The notes below the pieces were generated by a model. That model ran no database searches, was not told the DNA's origin, and saw only the letters and a program-made list of their open reading frames with translations. A DNA stretch of 64,000 bases from an uncultured Pirellulales bacterium (lineage in GTDB: Bacteria > Planctomycetota > Phycisphaerae > Sedimentisphaerales > Anaerobacaceae). The stretch is from the NCBI GenBank assembly GCA_964464635.1, contig CAYXGT010000001.1, positions 1,753-65,752 of the forward strand, read 5' to 3'. Shown here in pieces: positions 19,050 to 29,439 of the stretch. The stretch's first letter is position 1, and the number at the start of each line of letters is the position of its first letter. The translations under genes were made by a program, and so were the position numbers.

Positions 19050-21467
19050 TTATTTTACTTCCAGCGAATACAAAGTTGCACTCAAGGCAGGTATCGTCAA
19101 AGTATCTGAAATTTCTCTTACCGGTTTCTCAACAAAATCTACCTTTCTTGGTTGTCCCGGCTCATTATAAGCCTGCGGGTCATTGCCCGTCATAGTCCAC
19201 ATCCTGCCTTTACCCGTTAACTCGATGTTCTTGATTTCAAGAGGCATCTTCATTTTCAGGTTGGTCGGATTGACAATGCTGATAGTAAGTTTCTTGCCGT
19301 TGGCGCTTAATGCCGCTGCTGCATCTAAGGACAGAGTTTTTCCGCTCACCTCAACAGGTATCGAGCCGTACTCCCTGCGATAAAGCCTGAGCACCAGGCC
19401 GGTCGTCTCGAATTCCGCCGCCGTCTTGCTGGTTTTAATACAGCCGATGACGTTGACCGTCTGGGCGTAGTTTGCCATATACATAATGTCACTGTTACGA
19501 TAGTACTCGTGAAGCCCTTTTGCGATACCGAGCCCGTCCTTGAGAAAATATCGTGTCCCCAGCTCGCCGAATACGTGCCGGCCGTACCAGAAATTCCATT
19601 CGTCCATCGCAATCCGGATATCCTTGCCTTTCAGCGATTCTATCTCTTGACGATATCTGCGATGTGCGTCACTGATTCTCTTTATATTTTCTGCCGGCCA
19701 GGCAATATGACCCATAAGGCTCGGCCTTTCCTGGCAGTAAAAATGCTCGCTTATCAAATCCATATGGTCGGCGCATTTCTCCAGCATCATCTCATCCCAC
19801 CTGCCGACACTGCCGACCGCAACAAGTTTTATCGACGGGTCCACCTTTTTCATAGCATCTGCGCACTCGTTATGCTTGAGAACGTATTCTTCCAGCGGCA
19901 TATTGCCAAGCTGCCAGTTGCCGTACATCTCGTTGCCCACGCACCAGAACTTGACGCCGAACGGCTTCGCCGCGCCGTTCGTCGCCCGCAGGTTACCTAA
20001 CCTGGTATCGGTTGAGCCGTTCGCATATTCGACCTCTTCAGCACTCTGCTCAACACTTCCCAGGCCGGTATTAACCGCTATCATAGGTTCGGCGCCGACG
20101 ATTTTGCAAAACTCTATATACTCGTGCATCCCGAAGTCGTTATGCTCAACACCCGTCCAGGCCGGGTTCTTGCGGGGCGGCCGCTTGTCACGGTCCGGAT
20201 TAATGCCGTCACGCCAGTCGTAACCGCTCACGAAATTGCCGCCGGGCCAGCGGTAAACCGGTGAGTTAAGCTCCTTGAGAAGCGCCAATGTATCCGCACG
20301 CATACCCTTGATATTATCTGCAGGCATAATCGAAGCGGTCCCGACCCTGAATGTCCCTTTGCCCGAACCTATAATTTCCAGCCTGCCGTTATCGGTAGTT
20401 GCTTTTGCGGTAAATTCGAAGCCGGAATTCTTATACTCGTTACTTAAAACATTTATCGTTATCGAATCTCGTTCGCTTGCCATTTTTCCCCACACAAGGC
20501 TGACCTTCACCGAAGCCGCCGATTTGTCACCTGCCAGAACCACCCTGCCGACATATTTTCTGCCTTTGATAAGAGCAAGCTCTCCCTGAACGATACCAGC
20601 AGCCTTGCCCTGTTCGAGAGTAATCTGCGGAGTATGCTCACCGACATAAGAGTTTTCTTTCACCATTTCCACACAGCCTTCAGGCCCGATGATTTTCCAG
20701 GGCGAATTTCTCATTACCCTGTACGGGTCGCCTGCCTCCGCCCCCGGGTCGAATTGCTCTTCAACCGGGTAACAGAACTTCCTGTCCTCGAGCATCTCCG
20801 ACCAAATGCCGCCGTAAATACATCTGCCGAGATGCTCGATAAACTGACCGTATATATACTTCGATATAGGCTCGCCTTTCTTGCTCACGTCGATTACCAC
20901 CTCGGGCTTCAGCTCTGTTTTCGAAAGAAGCGTCAGACTTATATCGTCGAACCACGCCTTGCCCGTCGCTAAGCCCGAGCCGCCATAGACACAATTTACC
21001 TGCACGACATCCATACTGTCACTTTCGAATTCGAGGTTAATCTTGGTCCAGTCGTTGTCGCCTGTAATTGTATTCGAGCGGTAATCGGTCCCCTGAATAC
21101 TCAACTGTGCTCCCCTGCCGCTAACTGTTTTCAGGTTCTCCGTTTTAATCCATCCTGTCAGTCTGTAACGTGAATAGGGACTTACCGGCACCTCAACACT
21201 CCAGCTTGCATCTGCTCCCTCCTCTGAACTTATCATAGCACTTTTCTTTCCCGTCCTTCCAATACTCGCATGCTCAAACTCGGCACTGCCGCCCCACCTT
21301 CGTCTCCTCCAGCCGTTCGGCCTCGCTCCTCTGCTCTCCTCGAACGATGGATTCCTTACAGGATTCTCAGCTTTGGCCCCCTGCCCGGAATCGCCCGCTG
21401 CCTGACAATTCACAGCAAAGCAGACGATAAATACAAAAACTGAGATTAAGATTATTCGAGCCTTCAT
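19050..21467 (-). CDS. Alpha-L-arabinofuranosidase (GH51) with an N-terminal CBM4/9-like module, secreted
   Basis: Signal peptide, then NPSFEE...GW (CBM4_9 style). GH51 strings follow: VYRWPGGNFVSGYDWRDGI....RP, FWCVGNEMYGNWQ and IAMDEWNFWY. Confidence 0.85.
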   Translation of the reverse strand: MKARIILISVFVFIVCFAVNCQAAGDSGQGAKAENPVRNPSFEESRGARPNGWRRRRWGGSAEFEHASIGRTGKKSAMISSEEGADASWSVEVPVSPYSRYRLTGWIKTENLKTVSGRGAQLSIQGTDYRSNTITGDNDWTKINLEFESDSMDVVQVNCVYGGSGLATGKAWFDDISLTLLSKTELKPEVVIDVSKKGEPISKYIYGQFIEHLGRCIYGGIWSEMLEDRKFCYPVEEQFDPGAEAGDPYRVMRNSPWKIIGPEGCVEMVKENSYVGEHTPQITLEQGKAAGIVQGELALIKGRKYVGRVVLAGDKSAASVKVSLVWGKMASERDSITINVLSNEYKNSGFEFTAKATTDNGRLEIIGSGKGTFRVGTASIMPADNIKGMRADTLALLKELNSPVYRWPGGNFVSGYDWRDGINPDRDKRPPRKNPAWTGVEHNDFGMHEYIEFCKIVGAEPMIAVNTGLGSVEQSAEEVEYANGSTDTRLGNLRATNGAAKPFGVKFWCVGNEMYGNWQLGNMPLEEYVLKHNECADAMKKVDPSIKLVAVGSVGRWDEMMLEKCADHMDLISEHFYCQERPSLMGHIAWPAENIKRISDAHRRYRQEIESLKGKDIRIAMDEWNFWYGRHVFGELGTRYFLKDGLGIAKGLHEYYRNSDIMYMANYAQTVNVIGCIKTSKTAAEFETTGLVLRLYRREYGSIPVEVSGKTLSLDAAAALSANGKKLTISIVNPTNLKMKMPLEIKNIELTGKGRMWTMTGNDPQAYNEPGQPRKVDFVEKPVREISDTLTIPALSATLYSLEVK

Positions 21468-21708
21468 AATTTACCCCTTTCCAAAAAATGAAAACAAAAT
21501 CAGAACTGTTCTTAAAAACCTGTTTGCAAATAATACCCTGCCTTTTCCCAATTTTAATCAACTATATATATAAAGTAAATTTCGCCGTTTGTCAATTCTC
21601 TTTTCCTTTGCGTTTAATCATAAATCGCTCATTTGCGAAATTCTGTTTGATAATTTTGTCGCTAAATGTATGATATTAATGTGGATTTTAGTAATTGACG
21701 GAGAATCA

Positions 21709-22851
21709 ATGAGCAAATTATATCGAAATTTACAGACAAAAATATTATGGCGAAACAGCATAATCTTTCCAGCTGCCCTCCTCATACTGTTTGTTTATCG
21801 AATACCAGAAACGGCGACGCAGGAAAGTATTGCTGGCGAGCAACAGCAAACAACCGCCGAAGAATCCTGGACCTTCGTAAGTTTCCCGGACTTTTTCAAT
21901 TTCGATGTCCCCAATCCCTGGCCGCTCTGGGACGACGCTGTTGACTGGTACCTCAACCAGGTCAAATCCGAAAATCCGGATTTCGTCCTGATAGCCGGCG
22001 ACCTGGTTAACGGCCACTGGTGGGACGGCCCGAAGTGCATCGAACAGATGGCCGCTTTATATTATCCCGGCTGGATTCGACGTATGCAGAAACACGACCT
22101 CAAATTCTATGTCGCCGTCGGTGACCATGAGCTCGGTGACGACCCCTGGCCACAGGAAAAACTCGAGCTCGTACCACATTTTGAGCGGGTCTTTGCACAG
22201 CACCTTGCTATGCCGGATAACGGCCCGCAGAACAAAAAGGGTCTGGCTTATTACGTCCTTCACAAAAATATGCTCTTAATAACAGTGGAAACTTTCGAGC
22301 TGCAGGATGATAAGCTGCATACAGACGTCCTCGGCGAACAGCTCGAGTGGTTAAAAGATGTGCTGGTAGAACACAAAGACGTCAGACACATCATCGTTCA
22401 GGGCCATGTCCCTGTTTTCGGTAATCCCGAAAGCCGCTCATCAAGCCGGCTGATGCTCGAAGGAGCAAAGACAAGCCGGTTCTGGAAGGTTATCAAAGAT
22501 GCTGGCGTTGACCTGTACCTCTGCGGAGAGTTTCACGCCGTCACAGCCGAAGAATCAGACGGAATCTGGCAAATCGTGCACGGCTCATCCTGGGGACGTC
22601 AGATTGTAAACACGCAGGACTACCTTGTCTGCACAGTTTTTCCCGACAGTCTGCACCTCGAAATGAAAAGCATACCAATACAGGCCAAAGGCGGCTATAT
22701 GTGGAACCTTCATAAGGACAAAGGCCCCAGAGAAATCGTGGAAATACCGCAACAAGCCAGACAGCAAGGCCCAAAGACAACAGGAACTCTGATAATTCAA
22801 AAATCCGAAAGCGGCAAAAAATACCTGAACCGCACCGGCGTCTTTCAGTAA
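21709..22851 (+). CDS. Secreted/anchored metallophosphoesterase family protein
   Basis: ATG at 21709 preceded by GGAGA. Calcineurin-like motifs are present: SFPDFFNFD, IAGDLVNGHWW, VAVGDHE, QGHVPVF, CGEFH. Confidence 0.6.
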   Translation: MSKLYRNLQTKILWRNSIIFPAALLILFVYRIPETATQESIAGEQQQTTAEESWTFVSFPDFFNFDVPNPWPLWDDAVDWYLNQVKSENPDFVLIAGDLVNGHWWDGPKCIEQMAALYYPGWIRRMQKHDLKFYVAVGDHELGDDPWPQEKLELVPHFERVFAQHLAMPDNGPQNKKGLAYYVLHKNMLLITVETFELQDDKLHTDVLGEQLEWLKDVLVEHKDVRHIIVQGHVPVFGNPESRSSSRLMLEGAKTSRFWKVIKDAGVDLYLCGEFHAVTAEESDGIWQIVHGSSWGRQIVNTQDYLVCTVFPDSLHLEMKSIPIQAKGGYMWNLHKDKGPREIVEIPQQARQQGPKTTGTLIIQKSESGKKYLNRTGVFQ

Positions 22852-22930
22852 AATCGATAGCTCCTTTATGCAAGATACCTTGCTGCTGGATGAGATGCCG
22901 GGATTGAGTGGCTTAATGAAAGGAAAAATT

Positions 22931-23482
22931 ATGAAAACAATTCGACAGATTGGCTCGCTTGCTTTTGTGGCAGGTTTGTTCGTTACCATTTTCGCAGGGC
23001 TCCCCTGGCACGTGCTTACAGCCGATGACCCGCCTGTGCCCTGGTGGCTGCGGATAGCAATCTTCGCTCTCTTAGGCGGCATCCTCGTAGTCCTGGTGAC
23101 ATTGGCCATCGAGCAGAGAAAATTCAAAACAGCGGCAGAGCTGCCCCCTGCCGAAACTGAGACAAAAGTTATTCTGCTGAATTCCGACCAGGTGCCCGGC
23201 CGACAGGCAAAGAAAATTCTCGGCCTTGTCCAGGGACATACAGTTTTTGCTATCTGGCTCGGCAAAGACCTGTCCGCCATTGTCAGGCTTATCCTCGGCG
23301 GTGAGCTGACCGAATATACCGAGATGATGGGAAATGCACGAGAGGTAGCTACAAACAGGATGATAGACGAGGCCGGAAAATTGGGTGCCGATGCGATAAT
23401 CAACGTTCGCTATATGACAACCTCTGTCATCGGAAGCGCTGCTGAGCTCTTGGTTTACGGCACCGCCGTCAAGCTCGACTAA
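22931..23482 (+). CDS. YbjQ (UPF0145) domain protein with an N-terminal two-TM extension
   Basis: The C-terminal 105 aa (GLVQGHTVFAIWLGKDLSAIVRLILGGELTEYTEMMGNAREVATNRMIDEAGKLGADAIINVRYMTT...) are YbjQ-like. The ATG at 22931 after AAGGA is preferred. Confidence 0.65.
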   Translation: MKTIRQIGSLAFVAGLFVTIFAGLPWHVLTADDPPVPWWLRIAIFALLGGILVVLVTLAIEQRKFKTAAELPPAETETKVILLNSDQVPGRQAKKILGLVQGHTVFAIWLGKDLSAIVRLILGGELTEYTEMMGNAREVATNRMIDEAGKLGADAIINVRYMTTSVIGSAAELLVYGTAVKLD

Positions 23483-23536
23483 TAAAGAACCACAAGTTAA
23501 AATTAACGGTTCTTTACTTTTTGGAGAAAAAGGTCG

Positions 23537-26065
23537 ATGACTAAAATATCTCTGGATTTAACAGGCGAATGGCAGTTCAAGGAATTCCCCGTCTCCGCTC
23601 GCAGAATGCGCGAGCTTAATGAATCCGGCTGGCACGACTGCATTGTCCCCGGCTCAATCTACAACAGCTTAATACAGGCCGGCCTTATAAATGAGTCTGA
23701 ACTTCATGCAAATCCGAAGAATTTTACCGGCATAAGCGAAAAGCCCTGGGTCTATCGAAAAATCTTCGATGTCCCCGAAGAAATTCTGCAGGCTGACAGA
23801 ATCGAGCTTGTCTTTGACGGCCTTGACACCCTGACAAACATCTGGCTCAACGAAAAGCTCATCGCAAAAACATCGAATATGTTCATCGGCTATAGATTCG
23901 ACGTTACAAAACTTCTGAAATCAAAAGCGAACAGCCTCGTCGTCAAATTCGAGCCTGCGGAAGAATATGCAAAAAACCTTATGAACCGCCACACTAAATT
24001 CAAGGAAACCGATTTTCTAAATCCCCACCGCGTCTATATCAGAAAGGCCCAGTACCAGTTCGGCTGGGACTTCTGCCCGCCACTTGCCGGCTGCGGAATA
24101 TGGCAGAGTGTCAGGCTCGAAGCTATAAAAAAAGCAAGAATTGATGACATCCACATCACAACCATCGATTGTAATAAGGAAATCGCCGACATAAAAATCG
24201 CAATAAAGCTCGATACAATCTCGAACGAAGATTTTTCCTGCAAACTGAATATCACCGACGACGAAGGAAAAATAGAGCAAATCCTTGATTTCAAAGCCGG
24301 CGAAGACTTTTACTCGACCGTTATTCGAATCAATAATCCAAAACTCTGGTCACCTGCCGGCTACGGCAAGCCCAACCTCTACAAAATAAATACAGAGCTG
24401 CTCTGCAGCGGACAAACAATCGACAGCCGATGGTCAACCTTCGGAATAAGAGTAGTAAAACTGAACTGCTCGGAGAAAGAGCGAAAATTTCAGTTTGAGA
24501 TAAACGGCCAGCCCGTTTATGTCAAAGGCGCCAACTGGGTTCCGCCCACGCTTTTTGCCGGCTCGGTGACAGAAGGTGATTACGAGAACCTTTTGTCTGC
24601 CGCTGCCGACGCAAATATCAATATGCTCAGGGTCTGGGGCGGCGGATATTACGAAACCGAAAAATTCTACCAGCTCTGTGATAAGCTCGGCATTATGGTC
24701 TGGCAGGACTTTATGTTCGCCTGCGGCTATTATCCCGACAGAGAATGGTTTTTGAAAGATGTCGAAGCCGAAGCCGTCTCAATAATAAAAAGGCTCAGAA
24801 ACCATCCCTGTGTAACCATCTGGTGCGGGAACAACGAAATAGACAGAATGCACTATAAAAATGAGATGGGAAAGAAAAGAAAATTTTACGGCAAGGTAAT
24901 CTTTCACAAGCTTCTTTCCCGGCTTGTCGGCGAGCTCGACCCCGCAATTGCCTACATCCCCACAACACCTTTCGGCGACAAGGACAGCTTAAAAAACGAC
25001 AGAACACTGACGACACACCAGTGGGACATATGGTCGGGGCAAAAAGCAGTTCGCGAATACAGATGCCCTCCCGAAGATATACCATCATTTGTCACTGAGT
25101 TCGGCATGCAGTCGATGCCCTCGTTCGAAACGATTGAAAGACTCTGCGCGCCCCGGACGCCTCGTCTCGGCAGCTACCGAATCGAAAAACACAATTATCA
25201 AATTGACGGCAACAGCCGACTCTATCGATACGCCGCCGACCTTTTCGGCCCGGTCGAGAACACCGAAAAATTTACATATTATTCTCAAATAGCACAGGCA
25301 AGAGCGGCGAAAACCTACGTTGAACATCTCAGGGCCAACAATAACAAAAATTCCGGCGTACTATTCTGGCAATTTAACGACTGCTGGCCGGCAATAACCT
25401 GGTCCGCAATAGACTTTTACAAAAATCCAAAAGCACTTTACTATTATGCAAAACGCTTTTTCGCAAAAGTGCTTGTTACAACTCTATTGGAATCCGATAC
25501 AACAAAATTCAATCAATATCAGCCCCTGAATCCATCAAAAGCTATGGTTATAAACGACACCAACCAGCCGATAACCGCCACACTTAAATGCGCCCTGACC
25601 GGCCTTGATGGAAACATCATCGACGATATCACTTTCCCTTTAACCGTCGCACCATTCAGCACTTCGGTGACAATTAATCTGCCGAGAATATTCACCTTCC
25701 CTGAAAATCCGGAAAAAACCGCGCTGCATCTGCTTGTGGAAAAAGAAGGAGTGAAAATCGCTGAAAATCTTCTTCTCTACCTGCCGGACAAATTCATTGG
25801 CTGGCCGAACGTCACAATAGAAAATCAAATCACCAGAATAACCGACAGCCTCTGGAAAATAAACTTAAAATCAAACGCCGTCGCTAAAGATGTGCAAATA
25901 AAAACTGCACCAAACGTTTGGTGCAGTGACAACTTCATTGACTTATTGCCGGGCAGCGAAACTGAAATAAACCTGAATTGCCCTCTGAAAAATATTCAGC
26001 TGCAGTCTCTGCTGCAACTTCGAGCGGTCAACACAATCACCCAACAAAAACTTCCATTGGGGTGA
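23537..26065 (+). CDS. Beta-mannosidase (GH2)
   Basis: Strings LTGEWQFKEF, LVFDGLDTLTNIWLNEKLI, KAQYQFGWDFCPPL..CGIWQSVRLE, NMLRVWGGGYYE and MVWQDFMFAC are typical of GH2 beta-mannosidases. No signal peptide was seen. Confidence 0.85.
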   Translation: MTKISLDLTGEWQFKEFPVSARRMRELNESGWHDCIVPGSIYNSLIQAGLINESELHANPKNFTGISEKPWVYRKIFDVPEEILQADRIELVFDGLDTLTNIWLNEKLIAKTSNMFIGYRFDVTKLLKSKANSLVVKFEPAEEYAKNLMNRHTKFKETDFLNPHRVYIRKAQYQFGWDFCPPLAGCGIWQSVRLEAIKKARIDDIHITTIDCNKEIADIKIAIKLDTISNEDFSCKLNITDDEGKIEQILDFKAGEDFYSTVIRINNPKLWSPAGYGKPNLYKINTELLCSGQTIDSRWSTFGIRVVKLNCSEKERKFQFEINGQPVYVKGANWVPPTLFAGSVTEGDYENLLSAAADANINMLRVWGGGYYETEKFYQLCDKLGIMVWQDFMFACGYYPDREWFLKDVEAEAVSIIKRLRNHPCVTIWCGNNEIDRMHYKNEMGKKRKFYGKVIFHKLLSRLVGELDPAIAYIPTTPFGDKDSLKNDRTLTTHQWDIWSGQKAVREYRCPPEDIPSFVTEFGMQSMPSFETIERLCAPRTPRLGSYRIEKHNYQIDGNSRLYRYAADLFGPVENTEKFTYYSQIAQARAAKTYVEHLRANNNKNSGVLFWQFNDCWPAITWSAIDFYKNPKALYYYAKRFFAKVLVTTLLESDTTKFNQYQPLNPSKAMVINDTNQPITATLKCALTGLDGNIIDDITFPLTVAPFSTSVTINLPRIFTFPENPEKTALHLLVEKEGVKIAENLLLYLPDKFIGWPNVTIENQITRITDSLWKINLKSNAVAKDVQIKTAPNVWCSDNFIDLLPGSETEINLNCPLKNIQLQSLLQLRAVNTITQQKLPLG

Positions 26066-26071
26066 GCGCAA

Positions 26072-27961
26072 TCAATTCCTCTGCATCTGCCGCTCCATTA
26101 TCTGGCGTATCCTCCTCAAACGCTCATTCTCTTCAACTCCCGCCTTTGGTTGAGTAATAACCTGTCGTCTGCTTCTGGATTTTATATCAGTCCATGGCCT
26201 CAAAGGCTCTTTTGTCTCTTTTTCTGATTGCCTGACTTCACTAAACGAAATTCGCAGCTCTGTAGGCCAGTAATCCTGTTTAATCGGCATCCGGTAAATT
26301 TGGCCACCGTCATAACTGTAAAGCATCTCCGTATAATATCTCTCGTACAGATTTGCTCTGCCGGCCCAGTCGTTCACATCCACAACATCAATCAAAATAG
26401 CATCGGTCGAATAATCAACTACCCTGGGGCTGACAACAGTTGCACTCAGATATGTGCCGGCCAATTCCGAGGTTAGTTCAGTTTCTTCAATCTCGCTCTT
26501 CGCAAGCTTTACAGATTTGCCAATTTTTTCTCCAGGCTTGACCATAAAATCCTTGGTATACCAGTAACCCAATGTCTTGCGGCATACAGTCACCGTCACA
26601 GCCTTTTCCGCCTTTTGAACATCCCGTGCAAAAAAATAAAGCCTGCCCGGAACCGACAGCACATCCTCAGGCTCCGCATAATTGCTCCACAAAATAACGG
26701 TGTTCCTCTTCGGGTCATTTGCATTAGCGAACCTCTCAGTACCGGCTATGGGATTGAATGCTCCAACGCGAATCCGATAGCGATATTTCTTTTTCTGCTC
26801 AATAGTATCATCGAATGCCCAAACCAACAGCGGCTCTTGCCGCCCGGATAAATCGGTATTTTCAGTAATCAAAAGCCTTTTAAGCTCTTCGGAAAGCGCA
26901 TTAATCGACTCTGCAATTTCCCTCATCTTCGTAGCTGTTGCCTGGTCAGTCGCACCGCCAATTCTATAACCTCGTCTTGCTATTTCCTCTGCAAGAGCCG
27001 CATTATCGGTGCCCCTCGCCGCCGTTTTTCTGCGCGCCGGCTCATTAGTACGGCTTTCGATTTGCTCAAGACGCTTCAGCTCTTCCTGATATCTCTTGTA
27101 TCTGCTGTGCAGTGATGGAGGAAACCATTGTTCATCCGACGAAGCTATCCGGTATGCCTCAGGCTGAATCAAATCAGCCTGTACCTGCTCATCCTTAAAA
27201 TCAAGCAGCCTGACTTTAATCCCGCCCGGAGGTAAATTCTGCACATTTTCTATAATTTCAAACATCCCTTTTCGGCTGTCTATCCTGCTGCGAGGCACAT
27301 CCTCCCAGTCGCTCCAGCTGCCGTCGGCGAGCTGCTCTTTTCTCTGCAGTTGAACTGCGGCAAAAACAGGCTTTCCAAATGACATATCTCGCCACTCAGG
27401 CTTGATGCCGGAGCCGGCAAAACTCTCCTTAAAACGCCGATAAAGCTCCTGAATATCAATCCTCGCCTCTACCGTAACCAAATCAAGGTCGTTAGGTTCG
27501 GAATTAAGCTGACGGTACACATTATCTTCACTAATCGTACCCATTGGCAAATAAGCCACCGCACTCAAAACATCAACCGCCGCATCGCTTACCAGCACCA
27601 TCTCGGGAAGCTCATATTTAGGCTGAACTCCAACATCTTTCAAGTTCGGCGGAATCGGCGGATATACATTCATCCTTACATCAATCGATGATGCCATAAG
27701 CCTGTTAAAATCTTCTTCCTTGGACTCATAAGGCCCAGTTACACTGGGTTCCCTCTTTAGCCTGTACTCCAGCTCACTGGCTTTCTTGTCGTATATATAC
27801 TCGTCAATTTCCGACGGCGTAAATTCCCTGTTATCGTACGTAACTTTTGTCGGGCTGAAAATTACAAACACAACCGAAAGAAACACGCAAATCACGCCGA
27901 CGACAGCCAGAACAATCTTCTCCACATGCTCTTCAAAAAAGTTGCTTTCTCTTTTAATCAT
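26072..27961 (-). CDS. Hypothetical bitopic membrane protein (third gene of the PilMN-like operon)
   Basis: Single N-terminal TM (IVLAVVGVICVFLSVVFVIF), a large extracytoplasmic part and a charged/coiled middle. No family motif was recognised. It lies 79 nt downstream of the preceding gene on the same strand. Confidence 0.5.
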   Translation of the reverse strand: MIKRESNFFEEHVEKIVLAVVGVICVFLSVVFVIFSPTKVTYDNREFTPSEIDEYIYDKKASELEYRLKREPSVTGPYESKEEDFNRLMASSIDVRMNVYPPIPPNLKDVGVQPKYELPEMVLVSDAAVDVLSAVAYLPMGTISEDNVYRQLNSEPNDLDLVTVEARIDIQELYRRFKESFAGSGIKPEWRDMSFGKPVFAAVQLQRKEQLADGSWSDWEDVPRSRIDSRKGMFEIIENVQNLPPGGIKVRLLDFKDEQVQADLIQPEAYRIASSDEQWFPPSLHSRYKRYQEELKRLEQIESRTNEPARRKTAARGTDNAALAEEIARRGYRIGGATDQATATKMREIAESINALSEELKRLLITENTDLSGRQEPLLVWAFDDTIEQKKKYRYRIRVGAFNPIAGTERFANANDPKRNTVILWSNYAEPEDVLSVPGRLYFFARDVQKAEKAVTVTVCRKTLGYWYTKDFMVKPGEKIGKSVKLAKSEIEETELTSELAGTYLSATVVSPRVVDYSTDAILIDVVDVNDWAGRANLYERYYTEMLYSYDGGQIYRMPIKQDYWPTELRISFSEVRQSEKETKEPLRPWTDIKSRSRRQVITQPKAGVEENERLRRIRQIMERQMQRN

Positions 27962-28040
27962 TTTGTATCTCTCACGTATCGAGCCTTACTTCTTTTCCAG
28001 CATTACACTTCAATCCCGCGACGCCGCCAATCCAAAAAAA

Positions 28041-29387
28041 TTATCTGATTTTATAAAATTCGTCATCTTCCTCTATTGACCTGACCGGTGCTTTTCTCGC
28101 CGGCACATTCCTGCCGGCTGCCGGCGATTTGCTTCGCACCGCATCTGTGAGCATCTCTTTGACCGAAAAAGGCATCACCTCCTCATAACCTTTCCTGTTG
28201 AAAATATATTCACAAGTAAGCTCCAGCCTGACTACGGCATCCTCGCCATACCTGTACAACTTGTTTTCTTCATCGTCGTGATTTACCATCTCATAGCTGC
28301 TTCTCAGAATTGTTATCTGATTATGCCGCAAGACGCGTTCTTCTTCTCCTGAGAAACCTCTGAATTTATGTTCCTTAACACTGCAAAGCTCACGGAAAAA
28401 TTCCGGCAACGCTCTCGCGTCTATCACAACAACAATTCTGAAATGCACGACGTCCATGCTGTCATCGCATTTCCTCGCTGTCAAAGGCACAACCAAACCA
28501 TCTTTAAGCGAAACAACATACTTCGGCTTATTGCTGCCTGTCCTGAGCGCCCCCGATATCCTTGCACCTGACTTCTCGGCTGCCGTAAAGCTTACAGAAA
28601 CAATCCGCTTTACAGGAGAGCTGAAAACACTATCAGAACGACGGTTAAGTTTCTCCACCGTCGCCGCAACATCCTCTATAATCCAGTAACCAGTCTGCCA
28701 GTACCAGCAATCTTCAACTGCCTGTTTCTTCCCGGGATATTCATACTCCTGCCAAAAATCGTATCCTGCCATATCCGAAGGATTAATATAAACCGAATTC
28801 TTACGGGCTATACCAGTGCAAAGCTCCTCAATTATAATCTTGTCACTCTCTTTCTGACTCTCATCTCTTCTCCTGACCGCGGGATTATACCCGCCCGTAA
28901 CAGCAGCAGGGGACCTGTTCATGTGCTTATCCAGCTCAACCTGCGTCGGACAATCACGCCCGTTAAGCCGGTTTATCATCTCTTCAGCGCCGCTGCGAAA
29001 GTTGTTGCCGAAGTCCCGGTAAATATATTGCGAAACCTCATTCGGCGGCGCCGGAAATAAATTGTTTCTCAGAAGCTGCCGCTGGCTGCTGCTCTCCGTT
29101 AAAAGAGATATACTTTGTGCATCCTGAGCAAAAGCATCCTGAAATTCCTTCGCCTGCACCCACTGACGACCGGAAAGTTCTTCCTGTCCTAAAAATGACT
29201 CAACTCTCCTGCCGTTATTTCCGATACTTTCCTTTGCTATCTCCGCCTTAAGATTCTTCTGCATCAGTATGGTCGGCACAAACAAAAGACCCGCCACCAC
29301 CGCCAAAATAACCGGTACGACAAGAGAAGAATAATCTCCCAAAAAACTCAGCTTCTTTAAACTATCTTTTATTTCCGATATTCCCAT
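28041..29387 (-). CDS. Hypothetical bitopic membrane protein (second gene of the PilMN-like operon)
   Basis: N-terminal TM (LVVPVILAVVAGLLFVPTIL) and no PilO/PilP/secretin motifs recognised. It lies 52 nt downstream of the PilMN-like gene. Confidence 0.5.
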   Translation of the reverse strand: MGISEIKDSLKKLSFLGDYSSLVVPVILAVVAGLLFVPTILMQKNLKAEIAKESIGNNGRRVESFLGQEELSGRQWVQAKEFQDAFAQDAQSISLLTESSSQRQLLRNNLFPAPPNEVSQYIYRDFGNNFRSGAEEMINRLNGRDCPTQVELDKHMNRSPAAVTGGYNPAVRRRDESQKESDKIIIEELCTGIARKNSVYINPSDMAGYDFWQEYEYPGKKQAVEDCWYWQTGYWIIEDVAATVEKLNRRSDSVFSSPVKRIVSVSFTAAEKSGARISGALRTGSNKPKYVVSLKDGLVVPLTARKCDDSMDVVHFRIVVVIDARALPEFFRELCSVKEHKFRGFSGEEERVLRHNQITILRSSYEMVNHDDEENKLYRYGEDAVVRLELTCEYIFNRKGYEEVMPFSVKEMLTDAVRSKSPAAGRNVPARKAPVRSIEEDDEFYKIR

Positions 29388-29439
29388 TTTAGCTCACCAA
29401 AATCTAATCTCATCGACTCCGGGACAAAACAACAAACCG

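Noticed and set aside
22585-23403. 272-aa minus-strand ORF overlapping the metallophosphoesterase and YbjQ-domain genes
   Set aside because: It is antisense to two ORFs with clear family motifs. Its product is low-complexity (Ser/Pro/Ala/Arg-rich) with no motif, which is typical of a shadow ORF.
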